Shown: positions 39,410-52,989, counted from the first letter of the stretch. The stretch is DNA of 53,681 bases from Girardia tigrina (GCA_001938485.1 MQRK01241525.1:1-53681), one strand, 5' to 3'. Notes: a model not told the origin generated them from the letters alone. Translations and numbers: made by a program.

Positions 39410-40920
39410 TACAGTGCCGCTCAAATTAATCCGTCAGTATTATTTTTTCATGTTATTTAAAAAAGCACAAAATTTACCAAACCAATTTTGAAATATTACA
39501 TGTAACTAACTTAAACATTGAGTAAATTTATCAATAAAAATATCTCATAAAAAATAAAATATTTGTGTAAGATTTTTAATTTAATCCGTCATTTCGTCTT
39601 ATCAATAAAATTTTATCATTTCTGAAAAAAATTATTAATATATAATTACAATATTATTTAAGAAACTAAGACAATGTAAACCATAATAAAATATTATTAG
39701 AAAAAGACAGATCGAATATCGCTAATTAATATGTTATGGGTCTTCCTTGAGTATCAATACAAGCTTGAATTCATCGAGGCATACCCTCGATGAGACCATG
39801 ATAGGCAGCTTTGATGTTCGGATATATTTTTCATATATCTTTTATTGTATTAATGAGTTTTTTATATTTATATACTCAGTGTGAACTTTTCTTTTTAAAT
39901 TCTCTATTGGAGAGAGATCTGGGCTATAGGAAGACCATTTGAAGATAGTAATATTCAGGCTATCTAATTATAGACTATCTAAACTATTTAAATTATAGAC
40001 TTGGACTTATGACACGGAGCATTATTTTGCCTAAAATATCAATCCCAGATGAATGACATTCATTCATTAGAGGTATTAAGAACACCAACATAAGTTTTCG
40101 AAATTTTATTTTCAATACAATTTGAATTGTCCTTTGGACAACTCTCAGCAAAGCTTTCGTAATTCTACATCGTTCTTAATTGATAAATTTTAATAAATTT
40201 TAATAAAAAATTATTCGGACAAATTTTTCATTATTTTCAGATTTTATTTTTAGAGTTCAAATTTTGTAATTTTAGTAATAATTTTATCTACATATTAATT
40301 TTGTATAAAAAATGATTTTATTTAAAGAAAGAACATTTATTTAATTTAAAACTTACTTAAAATTATTTACTTTATTTAAATTTTTTATATTAAAATTTGA
40401 AAAGATTTAATATTTTTAATGTTTTTACATATCTTATGCTGTACTTTAAAATGCAAATTATAGTCGAATTCATCGTGAACATCTAAAATATCAATTTTCC
40501 ATCTGGGTGGGAGAAACACATTTCCAAATACTAAACTCAACATACAAAATTCAACAGACCAATTTCAACATACCAAATTTAAAATATTCCTCACAAGGGG
40601 TAACAGGTTATGTTGAAGGATTTTTATGTACTTTTCTGAATTCGTGGTTCCTTCAACTATTTCTAAGGCTCCTGTTCCATCTTTTGAAAAGCAGCCCCAT
40701 ACCATTATTCGTTTAAGAAATGCTTGATGTTGCCTTGTGTGTTCATTTTGAATTAAATGACTTTTTCTTTTTCTAATATATTTTGCTCGTGGAGGACATA
40801 TATCAAAAGCAGAATGAAATAAATACTTTGTAATATAACCATTATTTATTCTACATTCTTCCAAAGAAGGAACATCAAACTTTTCATACAATTTACACCA
40901 TTTATATGTATTTTACTTTA
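39410..40920 (-). mobile_element. Tc1 (DD34E) remnant interrupted by an inserted repeat
   Basis: End TACAGTGCCGCTCAAATTAATCCGTCA. IMVWGCFSKDGTG..KYIKILQHNL [insert] IPL..QNNAPCH..WSSYSPDLSPIEN..GMPR*IQACIDTQG..TY*. Confidence 0.88.
40074..40603 (+). repeat. Dispersed repeat, copy 2, inserted in the Tc1 ORF
   Basis: Homologous to 28582-29477. Bounded by TTAA on the left and CACAAGGGGTAA on the right. Confidence 0.85.
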
Positions 40921-40924
40921 ATTT

Positions 40925-41270
40925 TTTAAGTTATGTACTTAAAGCTGTAAAGAAGAAGAGACGAAAGTCCCATCTGAAAACATAATTTCTTCTGCATGAT
41001 AAAGCTCCTGCCGATTTAAGTTCTTTGCCAATAGATGCGATTTGTTAAAGATGCTTTTAAGAGTTTTATGTCCACATTTTATGTTTTAATTTTACTCTTT
41101 TGTAAATTTTATTGTTTGCAAATCTTAAGAAGCATTTAAAATGCAGACTTATATCAAACGTGGATGAATTGAAAATGACAGCGATAAGATATAAGTTTGT
41201 TTCAAAAACATTTTATTGGCCTATTTTGGATGGCCTATTGTTTTTGGATGGAAAAATTCAGTTGATAATA
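40925..41270 (+). mobile_element. Highly decayed mariner C-terminal fragment
   Basis: AVKKRRRK..IISLHDKAPA..LFANLKKHLK..SNVDELK. Confidence 0.6.
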
Positions 41271-42225
41271 ATGTCAGCTGTATTGTGTACTGATCCAGTG
41301 AAGCCATTCCTGCCTTATTCTTTAGTTGAATAATCTACATATCCTAATTGTTTTGAAGCAAATAGAACGTACGCTCCTAATATAATTCAAAGTCTTATCT
41401 CACAAAACAATAGAACTCATTAAGATATACATACAAATGAAGTTAAAGAACTTTAGAATGTATTTTAAAAATGAGATTAGAACAACTCTAAAACGAATAG
41501 ATTGTGAAAAAAAGATTCTTTAATATGCTAGCAAGTCTGTTTTTATTATAAAGATTATTCCTAACAATGTGAAGAAAATCTTGTGGAAAGTGTTTCAGGA
41601 AATAATGAAAAAAGTGATTTTTATCTATTAACAATATTTTTTTTAATTAATATGTGGATTTTGAACTGCTTCTTTTTTGTTGATAACCGTGGATGACAGC
41701 CAGAAAAATTGCGATTCGTTCGTAAATTAACAAGGCGACAGAAAACGAAAAAAAATAGTGTCTTCTTCAACTGGGACATTTTTCCCACTTTTCAAATGCT
41801 GAATTTTGCCTTTATTTTCACTTTGATGCAAATCTACAAATAATAATAATTTTTCTATTTTTTTGACTTGAAAATAATTTGAAATATTTCTATTTGAATT
41901 TAGGAAATTGTAATTTATTTACATAATAAAGATTATTTTTCAATTATCATTTCTTTAATCTTTTTTTCTTTCTTTTTAATTTAACTTAGAATTAAAAGCA
42001 ATCCATTTTAGAATAATTGATAATTTTTCTTTCTTAATTTCTTTTCAAAAGAATATTTTAATTTTGAATTGTTTTTTATTTTTAATTTTATTATTATTTT
42101 TTTTGTTTCGAACATTGTTTTTCAATTAATTTTCAAAAAAAAATTATATTTAAAAAATATTTTTGATAGTTTATTTGCTAAAAAAAGTTTGTAAATTATT
42201 ATTTTATGATTTAGTATTTGTTATG

Positions 42226-42790
42226 TTTTTTTATTTTGTTGTGGTATTATTCAGCGTATATTTAAGTAATTAAACATTATTTTTAAAACTTAATTGTTAT
42301 AAATCTGAATTTATTTTTAAAAAATATTTTAAAAATAATAATATTTGTCTAAATTTGACATTTGTTTTTTACAATAAATTGGAAATTTCAACAAATTAAT
42401 TACAACAACAATACATAATAAAAATTCAAATTAATTATATAATTTTTAAGAACATTTAAAAATAATATATATATATATATATAAATTTTATTAATAAATA
42501 TTTTTTAATAATAATTTTTTATTTTGGTGTAGTATTATTCAGCGTATTTTTAAGTAATTAAAAATTATTTTTAAAACTTAATTGTCATAAATCTGAATTT
42601 ATCTTTAAAAAATATTTTAAAAATAATAATATTTGTCTAAATTTGACATTTGTTTTTTTACAATAAATTGGAAATTTCAACAAATTAATTACAACAACAA
42701 TGCATAATAAAAATTCAAATTAATTATATAATTTTTAAAAACATTTAAAAATAAAATATATATAAATTTTATTAATAAATAATTTTTTAT
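42226..42790. repeat. Two-copy tandem duplication, ~288-bp period
   Basis: ATTTTG(T/G)TGT(G/A)GTATTATTCAGCGTAT starts at 42233 and 42521. The units are nearly identical apart from (TA)n length. Confidence 0.93.
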
Positions 42791-43303
42791 TGATAACTAA
42801 TATTTTTTTTATTTTTCTTATTATAATTAATAATAAAATAATTTTTTATTAAATTTTTAAAAAAGTAAATAGATTTATAAAATGTAAAAATTTAATGATC
42901 TTATAAATCTTTTATAAAAAAATATTTACTTATTATTAATTTCATTATAAAAATGTATAAAATAATGAATAAAACTAAAAGAATATTAAGATGTAAAAGA
43001 AATTATGATGAAAAATAATTGGTAAAACGTTCTATTTTTATATTAAGAACTTTGTTCTGTTTAATAAATGAGGGAACAATTATGTCAAATTATCCTAATA
43101 CAAGTAAATTATTTTTTACATCTAACCTATATCAAAGAATTAAAAAAAATATTCATCTCATTTATTTAGTTTATGAAATAATTTCATATAATATTAATAT
43201 TCGGATTATAATTACAAAATTTCCTCAATAATATTTTTGGAAAAATTAATTTTCTTTATTTTTGATTTTTTTTTAATCATAATAAATTTTGGTTTACATC
43301 TAG

Positions 43304-43943
43304 GAAAACCAATTCAATGTTGGGTACCTCAGGAATTTACTAAAGCCTGGGAAGAATACGCTGAAAATCTTTGCTGGGTTTCAAATACATATTTTTTACT
43401 ATCAAACCAAGAAATACCGTTAGATGAAAATGATTTCAAGAAAGTCCGCTATATAAGCTATTATCAATGGATCGTTATAGTCTTAGCTGGACAGGCTCTT
43501 TTATCATGGGTACCACATCTTGCTTGGAGAGTAGCATCAAGACGACTACCTGTACTACTCAGATCAGCTCGAGAAGCTGTGCTTCCAGACAGGGATTTAC
43601 GTGTAAAAGCAGTCTCTTGTATGGTTGCATCTCTTGAAGAGCAAGCCGATGCTACAATGCGTGCTCGTAGAGTAAAAGGTATTTTTCGACGCTGTCTAGG
43701 AGGATTACCTCCTAATACACGGTTAACTGTGTTATTTATTGCTGTCCGAATAATGTTTATTGGGAACGCAGTTGGTCAAATTTATTTGATGCAAAAATTT
43801 GTTGGGTCCAATAATATCATGTTTGGATGGACTCTTCTCAAAGATTTATTAGCAGGAAAGGATTGGGAATTGACTGGTAATTTTCCTAGAGTCACATATT
43901 GTACAATTTGTGTTCGGAGAATGGGTCAGGTCAAACAGGCTAG
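43304..43943 (+). CDS. inx: Innexin (gap-junction protein), internal coding exon spanning extracellular loop 1, TM2, the cytoplasmic loop, TM3 and part of loop 2
   Basis: GKPIQCWVPQEF..EYAENLCWVSNTY, YYQW, WVPH..WR and FPRVTYC motifs. Acceptor TAG at 43301-43303 (phase 1) and donor GTGAGT at 43944 (phase 2). The first 22 residues of the listed ORF are intronic. Confidence 0.96.
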
Positions 43944-45159
43944 GTGAGTAAAAGGTTTAATTGTATTTATCAAATTTTATAATTGATTTAGAAGCAATAC
44001 ATTTCTACGTGTGGATTTTTTTTAATATTTTTTAAAATTTATTTCTATTCACATTTCTATTAATATTCGGATTATAATTACAAAATTTCGGGTTCAATAA
44101 TATAAATTTGGGTTTTTGGATTTATGTACTTAATATATAATCAATTATGAAGCATTCTTTGAAACCCCATAAGAAGGAAGAGACCTTATTTTTCCTTTAC
44201 TCAAGAAATGAATTTATAAAATGTTCCCAAACCACATTTCAAAATCTTTCAATGAAAATGATGTACAAAATGTCTAATAAAATATTTTATAATCATTTTA
44301 CAATAATTTTATAATGAAAATATTTTATAAATATTTGCCTCCATATTTGATAAATTATTTTATAATTATTTTTAAAAGCTTTACAAATGGAAAAAAGAAA
44401 AAAAACAATGAATGAAAACCAGAAGATTCTCTGTAATAATAATCGTAATAGGATATTCTATATTTTGTCCATTAAAAGTTTTATTATTTTATGAGACATT
44501 TTATATATTTTATTATTTGACTTTTAAGTTTTATTACAATAAACGAGTTTGAACAGACATTAATCGTATTAGCGTAGTAACCTACGCATTATATATTGTT
44601 TACTACTCTTTTATATATTGATGATTCATGTGGAAACATATTCTACCCGTACTTTCTTTTGTGTAAGTGTCTCGAAATTCTCTATTATAAAGTTTAACCT
44701 CAGGTACCCATAAAAGTAATGGCATTATAAAATTATAATCAACTTAATTTTCATAATGGCATAAAAAGTTGAGTATAAAAATAATTTTAAAGTCTCTTGT
44801 ATTTATAAAAAGAAAACATTTTTATTGATTTTTTAAAATTATATTTTTAAAGTGTTTCCATAACTTTTTTCAAACAGTCTTCATTTGAAGATTTTTTGGA
44901 GAATCATTTTTAATCTTATTTAATTATAATTAGTTTATTCGACGTAAAAAAAACGTCGGGGTTATTTCTCCCTGGATTCTTTACACTTAAGAAGGATATT
45001 TCTTTTATTGAAAAAAATGTTTATTTAAAATTTTTAAAATAATTTTAATTTTATTAAATTTGCAATTGGAATAAACTCGTTCAAAAGAATATTTCATTAA
45101 TAAATTAAATATATAAAAAAATTTCTTTTATTTTCGGAATATTTTTCAAATGTCAAAGA

Positions 45160-46050
45160 TTTAAAGGTCTTCAAAAGACCCAGAGGAATAAGATCGACAG
45201 AAAGGTTTAGGTTTTGATGGTTGGATTAGTAAACGAATATTTATAAGACTCACCAAGGAAGAAAAGATGGAGTTTGAATATAAGTCTGGCATAAGACTGA
45301 GTTTAGATTCAAAGGTTAAATAATTTGGTATGGTTGTATAAAATTTTGGTTGTGAATAACTCAATTTAAGAATTATTAATGAAAATCTCCGTCTATTTGC
45401 ATAAAAAAGCACTACTAGGAAACATCAACCAAAGACCTTTTACATCCAAAATAAAACCAAGAGAGTCGCTTTTGTTTTATTCAGATTTTTCGGTGAATGG
45501 TTAAGTTTTAATAAGAAAATCTGTTATCTGTATAGAGTATATCTGTTCATTGATTTGCTTGTAAAGATTTTTTTGAGTACTGAAAAGAATGTCAACATAA
45601 AACTGAATTAAGGTAGATATTGAAGAGTTTCTTAAAAATAAAAGTATATACCAGAATTTTGAGAAACTATTGACATGCCAAGGTTTACATCAGGCTAACT
45701 TAAATGAGTTAACTAAAATAAATTCACTTTAAAGGACCTTGATTTCCAAAGAATTGCAGATCCACAATAGCCTTGATCTCATTTAATATTTTCAGTTATT
45801 TTACGAAAATGTCTATTGACGAAACAATTAATTTAACTAAAAAATATAGGATGACAGTTTTAACTTTGTTTATAAGGCAATGAACATAGGGACACTAAAA
45901 GAACTTCTTAAATTTAGCATAAAAAGTGAATCATTTCTTTTGTTACGATGAACGATACATTCAGAATGATGGAGTTGTAATGGATTCCCGGTTGGCACCA
46001 ACAATGACGTCAATCTTATTGAATTCTTTTAACCTTTTATACCCTATAAT
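45160..46050. mobile_element. Penelope-like reverse transcriptase remnant
   Basis: Plus strand FNIFSYFTKMSIDETINL, LKELLKF and YIQNDGVVMDSRLAPTMTSILL resemble YxQxDGVAMGSPLAP. A weaker minus-strand piece lies at 45160-45410. Confidence 0.65.
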
Positions 46051-46619
46051 TCACTGTCATGAGTACAATTTTGATATTTTCAAGCTTGATATATTTTTGG
46101 CTTTATGAAATCAATCCTTTCTAGGACTATTCTTAAATACATGAATGGCTTTCATCCGAATATTAAATTTTTTACAAAATTTGAAGTAAATAATAAACCT
46201 TTTTTCTCTTAACATTTGTGTCGCTAAAATTAAGTTATTATGAACACTAATTGGATTTTTGATACATTTATTTGTATTACAACTTGAATCGCCACTAGGA
46301 CAATTCTCCATAAAACTTTCGTAGCTCGTCATCGCTCTTGATTGATAAAATTTATTCTATTTCTAAATATCTTATTATTCAAACAAATTTCAATTACAAT
46401 TTAATTTACAATTCGATTTTAAAATAATTTATCATTTTAATTACAAAAGTAATTTTAATTATTTTAAAATTATTTTAGATATATTATTTATGATATATTA
46501 ATTTAATTTTAAAGTTTGTTATTTAAATTTTAAAATTGAATAAATAATTCGACCTTTAAAATATTTAAAATATCAATCCACGATCCCAAAACAACATACA
46601 ATAAGCACCATTCAAAAGA

Positions 46620-49600
46620 TTTCTCGCATACCATTGTATTTAAATGGCTTTAGCTATTCTATATTCCTGATCAAAAGTCTACCATCTATCTCACATTCAT
46701 AACTTCTCTCATGTCCTCGACTTTTTAATGTTTCCAGATCCATATAACGATCTTCTTCTTTTGTTATGTTTCCTTTCTTTATCAATGCTTTATCCCCTAT
46801 TTGAAAAATGCTCTTTTCTTTCCTGACCTTTTATTGATAGATATTTTTCCATCAATATCTTAACTCCTTGCCAAATATGATTTCCGCTGGTGAGACACCT
46901 ATGATAGCTTGAATTGTGCTATTTAACATAATTTCTACCTCTGTCAAAATTTCCGTCCAGTTTTTGTGAGTTTCATCCTTCATTCGCATGTCGATTTTTT
47001 CTGAATTAGAGTTCCACGATCCCAATGGTATTGTGGTGGTAGGGTCTCGAATATACTATTTCAACTTTAAAAAATGCTTATTCGAATGTTTTTCTTCTAT
47101 CGATATGGATTTCTTTTGGTAGTATGAATTTCCAAATCCATTTGTCTAATAATGCCTTTATTACGGCTTTCTCGTCTTGATGGGCAACTGCTTTTAAAAA
47201 TATATATCTGCTAAATTGATCGATTATCGCTTGTATGTTTTGATATCCATTAATATTTCGTTTAAATGGTCCATAGAAATCAATATATAGTTTTTAGAAG
47301 GTTCATATGCGAATTGTTGCATATGTTTCTCAAATTTAGTTCTTCGAGATTTTTCGGAATCCAATATTTGTTATTCAGTACTTTTTCTTTGTACTTTTAT
47401 TCAGTACTTTTTTCAATATTTTTTCTTTCAATACCCATTTCTTTGTGTTCCCAGTTCTGATCTCTTTTCTTATTTGATTTATCTCATCATTATCTTTCTG
47501 TCATCTGAATTCTTTTGATTCTTCGTCTAGGGCTAAGATCCTTGTTTTAATTTTTCCTTTCTGAGCTTCTTCGTGCATCGTCTGACATTGCACACACATT
47601 TCGCAGGAATTTTTCGACATTGTATCGGCGTGAGATTGGTTTTCGTCTTTTTGGTATTCTATTTTCTGATCTATCCATCTATGAACATTTATCCAAGTTT
47701 GAAACTGGGGAGTTATTGAATTCTTGGTCGTCAACATAAATGTGATGGCTTTGTGATCCGTTCTTAATAAATTTTTTTTGCCGTAAAGATAGTGTTTATA
47801 GTGTTGTGTAAAATACTAGATTGCCAGCAGTTCTTTTCTTGTAATACTGTATATCGACTCATGCTTGTTCATTTTATGGGATCCATATGTAAGCACTCTC
47901 ACTCTTCCATATATATCTTTCTGTGATAGCCCCGCGCCAATGGTATCAAAGCTGGTGTCTTTATTCAAAATGAACTCATTTACAAAGTCTTGGTATGCTA
48001 GTAGTGGTGTTTGGATCATTTTTTCTTTTCATTTCTGAAAAGTCTCGTCACATTCTTCCGTCCATATTATTTTTTATCTTTATTCTTTCTACATAGCTCT
48101 TACAATAATTTTGAATATTTTGCGTGGTCTTACAGAAATTTTCTGTAATAGTTCGTTAATCCCAAGAAAATCCTCAGGTATTTAACACATGAAGGGTTCT
48201 GAAAATTGCTGATCCCTTCGTTTTTTGTCTGATCTGTTCCTATGCCATCTTTGCTGATCACGTATCCCAAAAAATTGTCTTTTCAACCAAGAAGTGGCAT
48301 TTCTCCGTGTTTATTCTTAGACATGATTCTTTTACTTTACTAAATACGTGTTTAATTCCTTTGAGATGTTCTTTTTTCTCTTTCGCAAAAATCAAAATAT
48401 CGTCAAAATATACAACTGCCTATATTTAGTTAAATTCGCCGAAACCTTTTAGCATTAATTTTTGGAACGTTGCTGGTGCCACCACAATTCCGGACGACAT
48501 TCTCTTGAAACAGTATTGACCATTCTTTGTTAAGAATGCTATTCTGATTTTTGATTCATCTTCCAGCTCTACTTGATGGTATGCGCTTCCTATGTCGATC
48601 GTACTAAAATATTTGCTCTATTTAGTGTGTTTAGCATTTCCTCTACATTTGGCATTGGAAGCGCTGGTCTGATCGTGATTTTACTCAATTGTGAAAAATT
48701 TACACACACTCTGATGTCCTGTTTCTCCTTTTTCGAAAAACATACCAGCGGAAAATTCCATGGGGAGCTACACTTTTCGATAATATCGTTTTCTTCATAA
48801 TTACTTATAATATCGTCCATTGTTCTTCGAAATGTTTCGGTTGTCAATAAGGTTTCACTAATACCGGTTCTCCATGCGTTTCGATTTTATGTTTTGTCAA
48901 TAAAGTTCTTCCAATATCCCATTTGTCGAACATAAATATTGATTTAAATTCTGTTAAGAGTTTCATTAGTTGGTTGTTGATTTTATTTTAGAAGATGTCT
49001 TTAATTCTTTTTAGTCTATCCTCATCAGAGGGGTTGTCTCGTATTACTAATACATTATCTGTGTGAGATGTTCCTTTCTTCAACTTTATTCCAAATTTGT
49101 CTAAATAATCTGCCCCTGCTATCATTTCCGGATCATTGACTAAAAAAACAATCGTTTTCTCTATTCTTTGAATTATCACTTATAGTTACACAATTCCATA
49201 GTTTATGAGTTCCGAATCATATGCACAGTGTATGCGTCTTTTTGTTTCTTTAATTTTGACATCTTTCATATCTTTGATTATCTCTGCTTTAATAACGTTG
49301 ACTCGAGCCCCTGTGTCCAACAGGCACTGTAAATTTTTATTCTTTAAGCGAAACTCTATGCTTGATCGTCCTTTCAATTCTTTTAATTTATGTTAAACAT
49401 TGGTATTCAAAATACATCTACATTCTTTTTTCTCTTCTTCTCTTTTTTGATTTTCATATTATCACATTTTCCATCATTTCTATCATGTTCATCACTTAGT
49501 ATACATATCTCTAGAGGAATATTTTTATACACATCCTTAAAGATACAATCACATACAGATTCATACATACAATCAATCATACACCTACATTTACTTTCTA

Positions 49601-49930
49601 TTGTAGCACACTAATCACTTCTCCCTGTGATCGTGCGTCCTCGTTTCCCTGTTCGTCTCTAAATTTCCTATTCTTCGTGAAGTTATCTCTTTTTCCCACA
49701 TCTTCCATATTATATATTCTTTCGGACATTCTGTCCAATTCTTCATTTATTTCTCTTAATTCTACCAATACATATTTTCTATTTTTCTTCGTTTTAAAAC
49801 TACATTTTTTCAAATTACTATTCTTTCAAATTAAAAATCTTTTTAGACTTTCATTAAAGACAAAATTCATAGCGCTAAAGAAAGGATAATTTCCCTCTTT
49901 TCAAAATGGTTCTGAAAGATTTTCATAGAA
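46620..49930 (-). mobile_element. Decayed Ty3/Gypsy internal region (gag, protease, RT, RNase H, integrase)
   Basis: CLLDTGARVN (protease); SPWNFPLV, IRVCVNF, APATFQ, VYFDDILIF (RT); DTSFDTIGAGLSQ, YSITRKELLAI, TDHKAI (RNase H); integrase tail. Domain order is Gypsy. No LTR pair found. Confidence 0.93.
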
Positions 49931-49971
49931 TAATATTTTAAAGTATTATTAGTCTTTCATTCATATATATA

Positions 49972-50364
49972 CAGTCAGGTGCAAAAGTTTGTGAACACTT
50001 GTTTCTATACTGCTTTTTGTGAAGAAACATGTTGCTGACATGCACCCTAATTCCCTGCAGGACATGATCAAAGCAGTGAAAACTGTTTGGACTCAAAATG
50101 TGTCACCAGACTATTGTAAAAAATTATGCCATTCGATACCTGACCGAATTCGTTCTGTTCTCAAAAATAAAGGTAAACATACAAAATACTAAATATACAC
50201 TGGTTTTTCGTAGTTTATATGCCAGTTATGACAAGTTTTGATAAATTTGTGTCTTATTATAATGTTCTCATAAAATCTTTGTATTTTGGTGTGCTTTTGT
50301 CAATATAATTTCAGTTGGGTGCAAAAGACAATTTAACAACAAGCGTTCACAAACTTTTGCACCT

Positions 50365-50369
<5 letters not shown>
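49972..50369 (+). mobile_element. Tc1 deletion derivative, 398 bp
   Basis: ~31-bp inverted ends CAGTCAGGTGCAAAAGTTTGTGAAC(A/G)CTTGTT in a TA context. Retains the C-terminus VKTVW..YCKKLCHSIPDRIRSVLKNKGKHTKY*. Confidence 0.92.
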
Positions 50370-50407
<38 letters not shown>

Positions 50408-51677
50408 AATAGTTCGAATAATCTAAAATAGATCAGATCATTTATTGACATTAAAATGTTATTACATAAAATTATAAACATTTATTATCATTTGCATTGT
50501 ATATATCGATATAGATTGATAAAATACTGATTATTTGTCATTAAAATCTGGATGACTTTCAATTTATTTAGATATTATTTCGATATCAATTAAATTAATT
50601 ATATTAATAATTTACAGTATTTTTTCGAAATATTTTAGAAAAAGATTTATACATCATTTCTAAAAGCAATAAAAAATAAGAGTTAATTGGAAAAAGGAAA
50701 ATGATTTATCAAAAAAATTCTAGCATAATTATCGGAGGAAGTAAAAGATAAGTAGGAACGGAAGATGTATTGAAATTTGCATTATGTATATGTACTTAAA
50801 CCTTTAAATTCTATTTCGACCTTTTAAATAAAAAAATCTCATTTTTGGCATCATGAGCGAAATTTAGTCCAAAAGTATATATACAGGGTACACATATATT
50901 TTGTGAATTCCCTAATTTACCGATTAGAGGATAACGCTTTAATACCGCAAAAAAGTAAGGATCGGAAATGAGAAGGTTTTTAATCATGTCATAATATCAT
51001 TCAATAGTTAAAATAAAATAGTTATAAATTTTGCTTATCAAACAAAAATTGAAGGTATAAAATCATTATAAAATAAAAATTCTTTAAAATTAAATCAAGA
51101 AGAGTATGACATCAGTATCGTCATACCAGTGCCTGTGACTGATCATTCACTCTAAAATATGGTAGCTTGAGTTCTTGACTACCGAAACGTTTCACCTTAC
51201 GAAGACTAAACAGAGAGTTCATGTTTCCGTTAACAACATTAAAATAATTAAACAAATTTGGAATACTTCAATAAACTCTACAAAATATTGTATGAAAGTA
51301 AGAAAAGGTTAAGTTAAGACATAAATCTCTTTCAAGAAATAATAAAATATAAAAAATAATAAAGTGCTCAATAAAAATATTTAAATTAAATATGCATAGT
51401 TGTAAGTGATTTATAATTTCTTTTTTTTCTGTTCTTTGCTAAAGTAAGATTGTTCATGATTTCTTATTTTACAGAATTCGTAATTATTTTACATATAAGT
51501 AAAATATAATTATCTATAAATAAATAAATGATTATAAAATATTTTTTAAATATTTAAATATATTATTATGAATAATTTTCTAAATATAATCATATACTTA
51601 TGAATATAAAAGTATAAATATTATAAAAAATATAAAAATTTAAATAATTAACGTCAATATTAATTCATCCATTTTTC

Positions 51678-52290
51678 GGGTCTTGACTTTTTTCCCCTAA
51701 TGAAAAAACAGTCTTTTTTCTCCTATTATTAAAACAGTCTTTTTTGTCCTACAAATTTTTTTAATAATTTTTAATGTTTCATAATAATAAGATTTAAAAT
51801 AAAATCAAAATAATAAAATACACTTTTTAATAATTTATTAAAGTAAACAACCATTGGACATCTTTTTAGCAATATTATCTTTAAACATCCATTCATTTAA
51901 AAATTGAGGCAATTTTTTTATCTGGTTTTCAACTTATTCCATAAGGATTCTACACATTGTGTATTCACACATGTAACTGGATCAACAAAAACAGACTGTG
52001 GTTTACAGTTTGATGTATTAAATTAGGCCTATTAATTTGCTGATGGGCTCTCCATTCATCACTCCAGATAATACTGCCATTACTACAAACTCGTTCAATT
52101 ATGGGCAGCAACGTTTCTCTTCTACGAATTTCAACAATTTTCACATAATGATTTATTTCCCCTAATTTTTTTTAAAACAGTTTTTCTTAAAATTATCATT
52201 CTTTTTTTCACTTGTCATTTTTTCCCCTTTAATTATTTTTTTAAAAAAACAGTCTTTTTTCGCCTATATGAGAAAAAAAAGACAAGGCCT
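51678..52290 (-). mobile_element. Second Merlin family, deletion derivative
   Basis: Ends GGTCTTGACTTTTTT and (rc) GGCCTTGTCTTTTTT. RRRETLLPII..GSIIWSDEWRA..NHSLFFVDPVT..NTQCVESLWNKLK. Imperfect flanks CATTTTTC and CATTTTCT. Confidence 0.85.
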
Positions 52291-52989
52291 CATTTTCTAT
52301 TTCTATGAGAATTTATTAATAAATTATTATTTTGTTTAATGAATATTTTTAACCTTTAAACTGAGGAAATCATTACAATAACCTTGCTAAGTATACCAAA
52401 ATAGCGCTTGAAGAAGATTTCTTTATGGTGGGTGCATTTATCGGCGGCAATGATTCTTGGTTTTAACAAACTTTTTTAGGCAGATATAAGAAGTTTATCA
52501 AGCCAAATTGTTAAAATAATTGTTCTAAAACAAAATTGATTAAAACTATAAGAAACTTTTTCTATTACATATTATTGTTACTTTTTAAAACCGTAAAATT
52601 ATTAAATTACTATTAGGTTGTCTAAAAACGTTCTTAGTGTTTTGTTTGACTGTTTCTAAATAAACCTTTACTCTACATTTTCATATTAAATCTATTTCAA
52701 AATTATTCGCTGTAATCTGATGGAATTTCTGTGTTTTTTCTTGTGTTCAATAATTCTGTACTTTTAAGAAAGAGTAATTTCGAAAGGTATTTTTATTTGA
52801 AATTCATGTAGCCCACTTTAAGCATTTTTGCGGCCCACGGAGTTATGATGGTTTTCCAAAGTGGTCCTTATGATCATTTAAGTTGACAGACCCTCCTCTA
52901 AAAAGCCTTAGGCTCAATATCATTCGAAAGAGATTGGAGGCCCAATCTTTGAAAGTAAATCATTTAGTTAATATGTAATAATGTTTAAG

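Noticed and set aside
43019-43303. Upstream ORF and hydrophobic N-terminus of the 236-aa ORF
   Set aside because: This is AT-rich intron sequence before the splice acceptor.
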